Positions 38,254 to 49,833 of a stretch of DNA of 64,000 nt are shown here, piece by piece (position 1 is the first letter of the stretch; each line of letters opens with the position of its first letter). The notes under the pieces are model-generated. The model saw only the letters and a list, made by a program, of their open reading frames with translations. It did no database searches and was not told the DNA's origin. The DNA is from Botryllus schlosseri (lineage: Eukaryota): positions 22,320,001-22,384,000 of the forward strand of contig CM119386.1 of assembly GCA_051294905.1 (NCBI GenBank), written 5' to 3'. The translations under genes and the position numbers were made by a program.

Positions 38254-39663
38254 GACTGCTGAATGACAGCACAGCGGTTCGACGCTCATAGCCACTCCAT
38301 ATCACACTTGCAAACATATATTACTATCGGCGATTAGAGTACTACAATTTCAGCCAACAAGGTGAGGATAATATCCAAATTAGTTCTTTGTCGGTGGCTT
38401 CCTAATTCAAGTTTTTATTTTATGATATGTTACTACCTCATCGCAGGATTAATGTGAACTTATTTCCATTTAGGAATACAATCCAATCGTTGTAAAATCA
38501 GCTGCGATGAGATGCGAATTTAACTGATGAGGTTTCCGATGAATGAGTTCTAGGTAGAAAATACATGAACGACGATGAAAAATAGTTGAGTAAGGAGTAA
38601 TACGATATGTGTAGGGATAGCATATTGTCAAATCAAGACAAAAAACACATTTTGGAAATGTTCAAAGTCTAAATTGCAAATTAAAATCTTGCGTCCTTGG
38701 AACACATTTTCAAAAACCTGGAAAAGGAGGACAAAACCTTCTACAGGAGGACGCATGGTACGGTAGATATCCGTATGGAAGAACATGCGATAAATTGGAA
38801 AAAGATAGGTCAGAAATTGCAACTTTGATGATTATTTACATCTGTGATGCAGTATTTATGTTCCATTAAACCAATGGCTGCCATACTTATCGAGCCACGT
38901 GCTCGAAGACCTGCGAACATACCATTGACGAAATCTCACCGGGTACACTTTAAAGAACGGCCGGCTGGTAGGTGATTTAAAATCCCAATTCATTATTGCG
39001 CAGCGAATTGGTGTGCCCGCGCTACAGGACGAGCTGGTACAATCACGCCACATAGTTGGCTTCTCTAACCACGGCACAAGGTGAGTGGGATTTCATCCCC
39101 TTAAATGGGTATCCGAGTATGACTTACGTAAGAATTATATGGCTATGGCACCCTTCGGAAAGATGTTACAGGAACGAAACCTCGGCTTCCCAACCTATAT
39201 CATGCCAGATATTCTTCATCATACGATTAATGTCGGTTACCGATAGCGGACCACACAATCTGACAACGCCTATTCATGCTGCGCTCTTGTGTACGAGGAT
39301 TGCAATACAGATTTCTGCAGTGTTTATTACCGTGTTCGTAGTGCTTGTCATGGTGACATAAATTACTAAACATCGTCCTTATTGCGGGCCGTTCATTTGC
39401 GAATCGGTCAGAAAACTCGCGGAGTCATTTGCTAACAGCACCACTGACCAGTAAATCATGAAAGTCGACATTTGTTCACTTGGAGGAACATTTCATGCTG
39501 AACACTCGATGACTTGATATATCATCGTCAACGCCTTATCCACGCGTTCTGCTTTAATGCTGACTGTCCGTCGCGCGTTCGTCGTAGCGAAGCCACTGAC
39601 ATAGTGTTCATTACCGTACTTGGGTGTCAGTCTACATATCAACAAATATTTAGGTCACAATTG

Positions 39664-39697
39664 AACACACACACACACACGCAAACACACACACAGG
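39664..39697. repeat. (AC)n microsatellite, interrupted
   Basis: ACACACACACACACGCAAACACACACACA. Confidence 0.8.
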
Positions 39698-41239
39698 CAT
39701 GCATTTTTAGTAATCAACTCAGGAAACACAAATGGCATTATCAATCGTATGTTGTTTAAAGCATCATTTGAAAAGTCGATTTTTGATATCAATGCGGTCA
39801 TATATCTTGCTGGATATCTAGTTCTATGTATCCCTAGATCATATACCGGACATGGTAGCGCCGATGGTGCCCCGCTAACAGATAATCAAAGTTGAGCAAG
39901 TTATATCCGATGCGATGAGGATTTTTTAACCGTTAGGCACCGTCGTCTAAGAGTCTGCGCATCGAGTTGGTGTGCGTGCGCAGACTAGTTAACATTTAAA
40001 GATGACATTGGTCGAGTTGTAATTTTATGATGGGACATGTGCTCGTAACTTTCAGGACGATTACCAGCGTCAGAGTTGATTTGAACTTACTTAACTCAGA
40101 CAATCCAGAACAGCTTTCAATAATAGGGCCTTTTCAAAATGACTTCCTTCCGTGAATCGTACCGGCTACTTGATAAAAATTTGATTTAACTTCGTTTAAA
40201 CATACACACCTAACTTGAATCATTGGAAACCATTTCTGCATATATGCTGACGCCTTAACGGTACAGGGTAGAAGGGACTATGTATCCGGTGCCTGAGTGT
40301 CGTTAGCACGGTAATACTGAGCAGAGTGTCAAACGGGCTGCTAATCTTGTTACCGATAGCTTCTACCGATATTACACTATTTCTCGAGTCATGCAGCAGT
40401 ACATCACTCCGCAATCGCACGGTTTCTTCTTATGATACAAGAGACAGACGAAATCGATATTGTCCGCTAATGCTGCTAGATATTTGACATTTTACGACGA
40501 TATCAATATCATTGATCCGTTGAATAAGCGTGACTCGCTGACAACCGACATGTACTGTATTACATTCTTGATGCTGCGTGATTACTGATCACTAAATAGT
40601 CGGGAAAACTTTGTCGCAAAGCAGTCAAGTTGACGAGATTGCCAAAGTACATGCTTGCTCAGTGTTGATTTTCCCATCTGTCAGGACCATGCATGTGGTG
40701 GCCCGCAGTTGAATGGCATTACCTTTCAATCAAATATGCTGTACTGAGTTGAAAGTTGTAAGGCAAAAGGTTGACAGTGCAGCATGTATCAAGGTTCGTT
40801 TGTGAATATGAACCCACTCATTTCAGAGGTTCCCACACAGAACACGGACGGAAACATCGCGTGCACGGCGTTACTACGAAGTTGTTTCGTTTGGAATAGC
40901 TCACATTCATGTTAAAATTGATTTGTGGGTACAGCACTATATACTAAATTCAATGTGGGCAGGTGTATGCATCCCTTTCTCAGCTGATTAACTTATAGTT
41001 ACACAAAGGACTATGACAAAAATCCACTACCAATATTTCATTGTATCGTGAGTCCCACAGGACAGATAACACCAATCAGATATCCTTAATTCCCAGTTAT
41101 TAACTACCGCTATTAACTAGTGTTTTTATGTTAGCCTGATATTTTTATGCGTTTTCACTGTATAGCGGACCAGAACTTACGAGAGAACGAAGTGAAAATA
41201 GTTCATCGTAGCAACGGGCACCATCGAATGGTCCGTGGA

Positions 41240-41540
41240 CATACGAGCGTGCGATATTACAGCATGCGAGACTTCGGCATGCAACAACTTGGCATGCGAC
41301 ACATGAGCACGTGGATTAAATGACGGGTTAGGGGTAGGTTAGGGTTGGATTTATGCTCGGGTTAGAGTTAGGGTTTAGGTTAGGTTAGGCTAGGTTAGGT
41401 TAGGTTAGGCTAGGTCTCGGGGTAGGGGACGTTTTTGGGTCATACAGTCACATGCTTAAGTGTCGCATGCGGATGTGTTCCATGCTGAACTGTCGTTTTC
41501 CATCGTGTCGCATGCTCACATGTCGGGCAACCCCCTCGAA
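41240..41540. repeat. Foldback element with GCATGCGACAC arms around a (GGTTA)n / TTAGG(G) core
   Basis: Arms 41292-41313 and 41449-41470 are inverted (about 19/22). Core 41325-41428 is GGGTTAGGGGTAGGTTAGGG...GGTTAGGTTAGGCTAGGTTAGG. Confidence 0.7.
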
Positions 41541-42317
41541 TATGTGCAATTATTAAGGACGTCGTTTTTTTTTTTCAATGGAACCGTTCACTCATCGTTA
41601 CAGGTAAATTTCACTGCGTGGATTGAGATAATCATCCGCTTTTATTGATATACATACGCAATGACTACCTATTGATTAATGCGTTATAGGAAATTGTGGC
41701 GCCTAGAGGGACCATGCCACAGATACTTCGCTGACCACATAAATCATGCGACGGGGTTCTCAGGTGCAAATGCCTCAGGAGTTTGGTTTATGACGTAGAA
41801 GTTGTGCAAGATAGTCGTTTTTAGGGGGACTGACCAGGTTCTGTTACGGCCCTCCCTCTTACCCGTTGTCTTCATTACAGTCCTTGCAAGGCGAGGTGTG
41901 GCCTATGAAGCACGAGAAAATCTTAAAGGGGACGACGTGAGATAAAGGTGAGGAACCACTGCTCTATAACAACGCGTCAACTGACCCCGTACTGCATCTA
42001 CGTCGTATCACAAAGTCACACGTGAATTTGAATCCTCGATCAATGGTATCCGTCTTTGATTAATGTACGTGCATACATAAATAAGAGGCTGGCAATGGGT
42101 GTCCTGAGTAATTGGGTAGCTCTCCGTCTTGAGCAGATCGATTATCTAGGGACCGTGCATGTCGCTTTGATCATTCACAAGTAGGACCATCGTACGAACC
42201 AGTAACATGTCGCACCCAGGTAAAATAGTCTTTTTTTATGTTAGTTACTCATTAAAACGTGCAAAGGCAACCATCCATTTGACACATGTATGCTCAAGTT
42301 CCTATCGTGGATTTGCT

Positions 42318-42860
42318 GAGAGAGAGAGAGAGGGTCTTTATTTTCATCGAACCAAAATACATATCAAACGGCAGTGATGGTGGTACAGAAAATATGCGTG
42401 CACAGTATTCGGTATTAGATAGGAACGATCGATAAGACCGTGAAGGTCATCTAGTCTGATCACACCAGCATCAGACAGGTACACTTGACTCGGAACAGTC
42501 TGGCTGTGAAACAAAGATTGGTCAGGAAAGGAACATATAAAAAAAGATTAAACAATGGTAGAAAATGATCAATGAAGCAATGTCTGGGCGAGGTAGGGCA
42601 ACAGTGTTAGCGTAACGAAAAGATGTGATCAAGCAGGGCTTTTTTGAATCTATTATAGGGCAATTCACGGATATGTGACGGTAATGCATTCCAGATGATA
42701 GGTACTGAGTAGCCGATAGATCTCTTAGTTAGGTTGCTATTGGGTTGGGGTAAGTAGACGTTTCCTTTAGACGAAGATTTCGTGTAATGGGAACGGACAT
42801 GTTTAGCAGGTATCAAAAAGTCATCAAACACAGACAAAATGGAAACCTGGAAATTACCTT
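42318..42860 (-). mobile_element. 5'-truncated L2/CR1 LINE: ORF2 C-terminus, 3' UTR and (CT)n tail
   Basis: HVRSHYTKSSSKGNVYLPQPNSNLTKRSIGYSVPIIWNALPSHIRELPYNRFKKAL is a typical L2/CR1 ORF2 end. On the minus strand the 3' UTR contains GACTAGATGACCTT, then AATAAA and (CT)7. Confidence 0.8.
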
Positions 42861-45057
42861 AACGGGAAGACCTGACATTCCTTATCCTCACCCTACGTAT
42901 TCGTTCCATTACATAAGGACGCAAAAGCTCGAAATGATCCAAGTCGTGATGGCGCTGCCAAGAACGAGAGGTCTCATACTCGCCTCACGTCGTTTCAATG
43001 ACCTCTGGCAACCGGTATTGCGACACATGCCTCGCGTCACTCTTCGACATTCACGCCGGATGTTTTTGGAGGCTTATTCGGGAAGTTGGTATGTAGTAAA
43101 CTGTGCAATGCGGGGTTTACGAACGTATTTTTTAGACAAGGGGGCAGACACTGCCGAAATCCCGATCTCGACGAAGCGGCATCTGGCATCAATCACCGCG
43201 ATCCGCTATCCTCCGTCCAAATGCCCAGAAGGGAGCGAAGATAGAAGTGACGTAACAAACGGGCTGCCTGACATTTCAACATATATGTTTTTCAGGTAAA
43301 GATTTATACGTTATAACGTTCCGTCTATATTGCCGGGATTGTAATTGTGCGTGCAAAACTATGAACACCTAACTTAGCGAACATCTTACTCCGTAAATGC
43401 ATTGCTCTGAAAAAGTGGATCCGAATATAAATTAATAATTGCTTCGGTCCTTTTTGGTACTCAATATTAGACGGAGTTCTGCTATATCATTTTACGCTCT
43501 GGTATTAGGTGAGATTTGGTGTGTACTGGTTTTACAACCACCTACCGCTACAAAGTAGAGCCATCACTTTGCCTTCCACATTATCAGCGCGACGGCACCA
43601 AGACTCTAATCTGGTCCGCTCCATTTCAACATTGGACGGAGTATAGTAGCCATTTATGCGACCCTTTATCATCGTAGAAAGACATATCTACGGTTTTTTA
43701 TTACGTTTGAATAAACAAACATTAATGAAATAAACTATCACTATATAAATTTTCAAGACTGTTCTTGAAGATGACGCCCGCGACAGAAATATGATGCTTC
43801 AGTGCGTCGCCACTATTGACTGATTTTCGGTAGGCAGCTAATGATGGTTGGAAACTGCGTTAGTCGTGAGATATCGATCAATAGAAAATACGTATAAAAA
43901 TGACCGATGGTTGTGGTCAGAGAGAGGTCATCATGGTTAAGACAGTGACTAATATCCAATCGGTCGCTGTCGCGCGATTAATGAAATACAATGCGATACG
44001 CGATATGCTTTGTCTCGTTATATCCAACCGTATGTGGACATAGGAGACCTTTTCATGAATTACAGGCCATATAAATTTGCAATCGAGCTTGATATATAAA
44101 GTTAACATCGATGAAGCGTGACCAACATGACCAAATGACATTTATTACCGGACATGCCAACTCCCTATGTTCGGAAATGTATCCCAACAATAGTTCCCAC
44201 TCGATAGATTGCTAGAACTTTAAGGTGTTACTGTTTAATTCGAACGTTGGGTTTCAGTTACACCAACGGGCAGTTTTGACTAGGGTGTCAAATACATAGG
44301 CAAAGTCTCAGCTTTTAAGAATACGTGGTACCCCGTATCGAGAGCGTGTAAACTGGGAGAGATCGGTGTTGGAGACACGCCGTATGATATGAGATATACC
44401 CACGTCGTAAGGGTTAACGATTTTAGCTACTAGCCAACTCTATTTTTAGAATAAATTGTCTAACGGCGCCGAAGACAGCTCAATCGTTTCATGGTGTTCA
44501 CAGACAATTAAAAGAAATTATATTTGATAGAGTTAATTCAACATTTTAATTTGATGTGGAGGACCCCAGTATTGTTAGATTTTAACCAAAGCTGGTTTCG
44601 TCCGATCAGGACGAATTGCTAAATTCACGGCGACATAATGGCTTGCGTGAGCGATCGAATACAATTGTTCGATAGCATCTCACTTACAAAATCACGCTAA
44701 CCCAATGCAGAGAACGCTGCATCAAACACCGGATCCTGTGTCTCCTCGACAACGATTAGAAACAATCAATCGTAATAATTAAAAAGTAATACTTTGCAAG
44801 TAATTTGCAATAACGCCGATCACTTTGACGAGCATTATCGTCGTGGTGATATGAACGATGAGGCTACATTCAGACGCAGAGTAGCACTCAAGAACGACCG
44901 AGTCTGGTAACCAATGCACGATCGGTATTGCTAGGGTCTGGCTTGTCTCGTGTACTTTGTTTAGTGTCAGTTTTGGTAGCACGAAAAGGAAAACGCCGAC
45001 ATGTTACCGTGTGCCTCTCGATACCAGGATATTCCAATAGCTTAATTACAACAAGAG

Positions 45058-48000
45058 ATGGCTAACGAAATGTATTTCGCCTTAAAGCATAAAGAGGAGC
45101 TGGTAGCGACATTCACGCGTCGCACCGCCGAACACGTTGAGAGCCCGTGGTGGTGTTTTCACTGTCCGGTCGCGAGTCTACAGTGTACAGTGGCAGACGG
45201 CAGCAGCCATTCAGTCGACATCTACACGGGTGATCGCGTGTGGCAATCCAACGGAAGATATTTGGGACTGGTGGTGTCGCCTGTGGTGAGTGTGCTTTCA
45301 ACATGAATAAAAGTTATGATTGGTTGCATAAAATTCGCCCGCACAAAATTAATCCAGTTTGCACCGCATGAAGGCTAGTTTCTTTTGAAACCAAGTTTCA
45401 ATTAAGTTCTACTACAAGCAACTTATACCTTTCCCAACCGTAACCCTGGTGCGCGTGTCTGGTAAAGCAGTTTTGCGATCGTCATCACGATTTTAGTGTC
45501 TGACGAATCTTAAATATCGCGATAGGTCGAAGGACAACGGCACACCTACAATGTCGAGCAGGTGTCTTCGTTCCTGACTGCAGCAGGCGTGAGTGCTAGT
45601 CGGACCGCTATCGCACCGCTGACTGACGTGGTCTCCCACTTGAACGTAATGTATGTTGATGGCGAGTTGTGTAGGTGCCATGTGTTGTTCGTTCTGACCT
45701 CCCTCTTAAAACATGTTGAAGGTACGAACAGGAGAGCGTAAACGTTCCAGAATCGCTAGACTGGCTATCGGCTTCGCAGCGTTCGTTCGAGCAGAAGAAA
45801 CACAGCGAGCTGGTATGTCGGGGCTACGTCCATTTCGACGAAAAGCCAGCTTTTGGCGAATGGGAGCAGTACCTGACTAGCTCTGTTGGCTATCTGGTGG
45901 CGAACGCTCTCGTGAGCCGAAGTTACAATCAATGGCCGATGTCGGTCGGTGTCCGTCATCACCGAGCGTTGCAGCTGTTCAAGTCACGACGAACGGCTGA
46001 CTGCTTGACAGCGTCCGAGGGCATTGATATTATTCGCACCATACTCGATACCGCGGTGACGGAGTTCCGACTGGCTGGCGATGACCTGAACGCATCTGAA
46101 GCTTTGTGTTGCCTCCTATGTGCAGCGATTGAGGCACGAGCAAATGATGTAGTGACGGCACCGCACATTTTGTGCAAAGGAGAACCGGGCGCGGGGAAAA
46201 CTCTCTTGTGCAAGATGTTGTTCCCGCGCCAAATCTGTTCGAACATACCCCACGACGCACAGGGTGTCGGACAAATGCAAATGGCGACGAACACCAGAAT
46301 TTTAAAGGTGGACGACGCCGGAGCACAATTTTGGCAGGATCATGGTATCCTGTCAGCGATTAAGGAAATGTTCCACGAATACTGGTCCGCTAAAACGCAC
46401 GGCAGTAAACAGTCGAACCCACCTACGGTCGCAGTTATAACTACTAACGAGGACGATCCCTTTCGTTACGTGGTGGAGGCAGGCGACTGTAGATCGGCAT
46501 GGGAACGACGTTTTCTGACCATGAACTTCAAACAGGCTCACGACGGTCCTCCCTGCGTCAAACGGATAAAAGCCGAAACGTGCGAACAAATTCTAGACGC
46601 GCTGGTCCGCGACTTCTGTGACGACGGCACATGTTCACTCGTCGAGAATAGCCGTTGCGCCGCGATGCTGGGTACGATACGCGAGTACCGTAATTGCCTC
46701 GATGAGCCGTCGGTGCAGTGGGGCGTAACCAGCGAATGTCCGTCCGTCCTTGCCGGCCGTGTGCGTCCCGTGTCGGCTTTGTCGTACTCTTCCCGGATTC
46801 TTTCCGCCGATAATGTTGAGGTGAGTACCGTCAATGATACGTCGATGCGATTTCACAATCATGCAAATGTGAGCATATACAGGACAACGCCGATGCAGAC
46901 GCCCTGTGTCTTGAAGCTGCCGCGGTTTTTGACGAGCAGAGGGCGGTCGGCAACGAGCTTGCTTCGTCCGCGAACGGCAGATCTGGACCGAGCCGCGCCG
47001 ACGCGAACGATAATGTGGCCGTCGCAACTCACGTTCACGACTGTCTCGGTTCAGGATCAGACGCATTTGACGACTCGTTGGTAACGCATCGACAATTTGA
47101 TAGTTCCACACAGGACTTATACTATTTTTTAACAAGACTGTCGACATGATGGTGACAGCGGAACGAGCCGCCCTGCACATGCAGGCAGCAGTAAAGCATG
47201 ACGCATCAGACGGCGACGTAATTGCTGCCTCGCCAACAGATGAGTTATCGCCAAATGTGAGTATTAAGTGTAGCGAGTTGCTTGCACTGTAGTAATCCAC
47301 CTGCAACGGCAACGACCGATTACGCAGTTTCGCTCCACTTCGCCGGGGCTGCATGGGGTGGATAGTTGTTTGGCGTACGCGTCTGTATGATATCTGGCAA
47401 CCTAAAACTGTTCTTCCACGGCGCAGCGCTTATTGTTTCGGCATTGTTCGAATAATGTGAGAGTCGCAATAGCTAATTGTTATTACCATTTGTGTTGTTG
47501 GTTACAGATTGTTCTGAACCACGCCGATATCGGAGATCGGATTCTATGTGGATCAGTTACTGATCCATATTTCAATATATTGTTACGAAATCAGTGCAAC
47601 AATAGCTTTGGATCAGGTCCAGATTCAGTAATTTTGCACTTTGGAATATAGCTTTTGGATTGCCATAAATCCTACAGTCGCTCACGCAAAACCTATCCAC
47701 TGTAGCCTCCGCGACGCGGAGGGAAGCTGTAAAATGTATCGTTGCCGTACCATGTTCATTATATACTTGCACCATAACCGTTCACCCGTCGTTATTCAAC
47801 AGCGCGAACGTGGGAAGAAGCGTGCTATCAGGGTCGAAGAAGGCTGTGAGACACGCCCTAAAAAGGTTGGTCAGTCACATTTGTCACTGTCAGGTACCGC
47901 GGCGTAGGTGCAATGCCTTTGACTGATCCAAGTCCCGAACGCTCTAGCACAGGGTTTCTCGGACCTCGCTTGGCCTGGGCCCATTTTACGATTTAAAAAT

Positions 48001-49833
48001 GTGCTGTGGCCCACCGGATATCTTAGAGTCCTATTCCTGTTTAATGCGTGGTAATGGACAGCGTCGGTATGCATGTTTCTCTAAAATATGTACTTTTTTT
48101 TATAACTGGAATAAATATCCTCCAACAAACGATAAACGAAATGTTCTTGGGCCCCTTCAAGCTCCCGCAATTGAGGGTGAGGGTGCGGTACTTACGGCGC
48201 TGACAGATCACAAGCCAAAACTCATACCTATATTGTGTTCGCCCGCTCCTCCAGTCGCGTCGCGCAACACAACGATCAGATATCCGCACAGTGTGATTGG
48301 GACTTTGATGATACTGTTATGGGAATATAATAATTATTCTGGGGAAACATCGAACAATTCATTGGTGAACGGAGTACTACAGAGAAGCGAATAAATAATT
48401 TGTCAATACGCATGATGTACTTGTTATGTCTTGTACCACAACATCTGAAGTCGCCATGTCAGAATATTCCATCCAATGACACAATCAATTCCTGTGACTA
48501 TTTCATTATGTATAATGATTTTCAGGCCGGACATTTTAAACCGTCTCCAAAGAGTAATGCGCTCCGATAAATTATCAATTCATTAAGACTCGTTGCGGTG
48601 GTGCAGGATACCTCCGCAAGAAGTTGCTAACAATGTACAATTATGTCTATTTTAGCTTACAGCAATACGGCCTGACGAAGTAGAGTGAATCTGTACATCA
48701 ATTGCACTCCATAACGATTTCATTGCACACCCCTTTCAACAGCATACGATAGATGACCCTGCTTGAATACTCGGTAACTTCAGTATTATATTCCAGATGC
48801 GCTTCAACTTATGTTTGTTGCTGTCAGCCGTAGATTGACATGGCCATTAGAAAATACGACCGTTTCTCCCTAGCGCTTTCGACTTCTACATGCTGACTTC
48901 ATACGTGCCACTACGTCTGATCAGAGTCTGATGAAAAGCTTTGTGCAGCCTACGTATAATCAGATACCACGAATAGATTTTTAGCGAATAACATACAAAT
49001 AGACGTAACTTTAAATTATTTCTGAACGGTTCTAACTTATCTAAATTGTACATTTTCGAAATGCTCTGTCGCCCACCAGTGGGTCATGGCCCACCCTTTG
49101 AGAACCCCTATTCTAGCATATTTTGCATCCCAACCGGGCCTACATATCCTCGCGTCCATCTGTCACCGAGCTTTGGAAATGTATCGTGAGCGGTTCAGAT
49201 ACTGCCAAACTGGGCCAAGTACATTGTACTGTTGTCATTTGAGCTAATTGGAGGAAACTGACCTAAATTTAAGTTGATCATACCTATTAAATTCAGCGTA
49301 GATCAATGTGATAGGTTTATGTTCGTTGGCTGTTGTTACGCTTAACTCGTAAGTAGAGTTAATTATAGGATGTTATCGATCCTCTAGCTTTGATCGTGCA
49401 ACATCATCAAGCTTGTTAAGCATTTATGACATTGCAACGATTGCTGAGGGACGTATAGAGCTATGTTTCCGTTGAGTGGCCATATGTACATGCGACGCCA
49501 TCCACTGCTGTATCATGTTAGTTACGTGCTCAGTCTTACTGCCCCTGAACCAGCATCCAGCGTTTCGCCCTGATGTATCTGCTTTTTTTCGATTATAAAT
49601 ATTCCGTGCGGGAGGGAGTCGCTGCCGACAAGGCGTAGAACCGCTGACATTCTGTCAGTTGTTAGTTCCGTTGTTCTTTACAGGTAGCGGAGCCTGGTGA
49701 TGTGTCGCAGGCTCATGTATCAACGCGTGTGATCGACGACGCATCGCCTGTGCAAGCGATAGACGGACCCTGTCAATCGACTCCGGTGCGGCCCGAAAAC
49801 CGGCCGCAATCACGTGTGCGTATAGACAACTGA
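45058..49833 (+). CDS. Spliced gene for a virus-type superfamily-3 (parvovirus NS1 / CRESS Rep-like) helicase with an unknown N-terminal domain and an acidic low-complexity tail
   Basis: Walker A GEPGAGKT (46179-46202), Walker B ILKVDD (46299-46316), B'-like SAKTHGS, motif C VITTN (46434-46448) and Arg finger AWERRF (46497-46514). Proposed exons: 45058-45285, 45526-45650, 45722-46820, 46883-47080, 47137-47256, and less certainly 47803-47865 and 49684-49833. All junctions are GT..AG and frame-preserving. The helicase core is high confidence; the exon model is moderate. Confidence 0.8.
47950..49110 (+). mobile_element. Non-autonomous hAT (Buster/Charlie-like) element, within the putative last intron of the helicase gene
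   Basis: Ends CAGGGTTTCTC / GAGAACCCCTA, TSD CTCTAGCA/TTCTAGCA (7/8). Same family as 10816-12112. Confidence 0.8.

Noticed and set aside
41325-41428. True telomere or chromosome-healing site
   Set aside because: Short, degenerate, internal and enclosed by inverted arms.
45589-45674. Alternative helicase intron GTGAGT(45589)..TAG(45674)
   Set aside because: It brings an in-frame TGA (45717-45719) into the exon. The 45651-45721 intron avoids this and has a CTGAC branch-like motif. Only cDNA can settle it.
46821-47084. C-terminal 87 aa of the track's 395-aa ORF
   Set aside because: Probably read-through into an intron and the wrong frame. A GTGAGT donor at 46821 and an open acidic frame from 46883 fit better.
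45959-47354. Minus-strand ORFs over the helicase gene, including the 239-aa ORF 46635-47354
   Set aside because: Antisense to the helicase exons, Arg/Ser-rich and without recognisable motifs.
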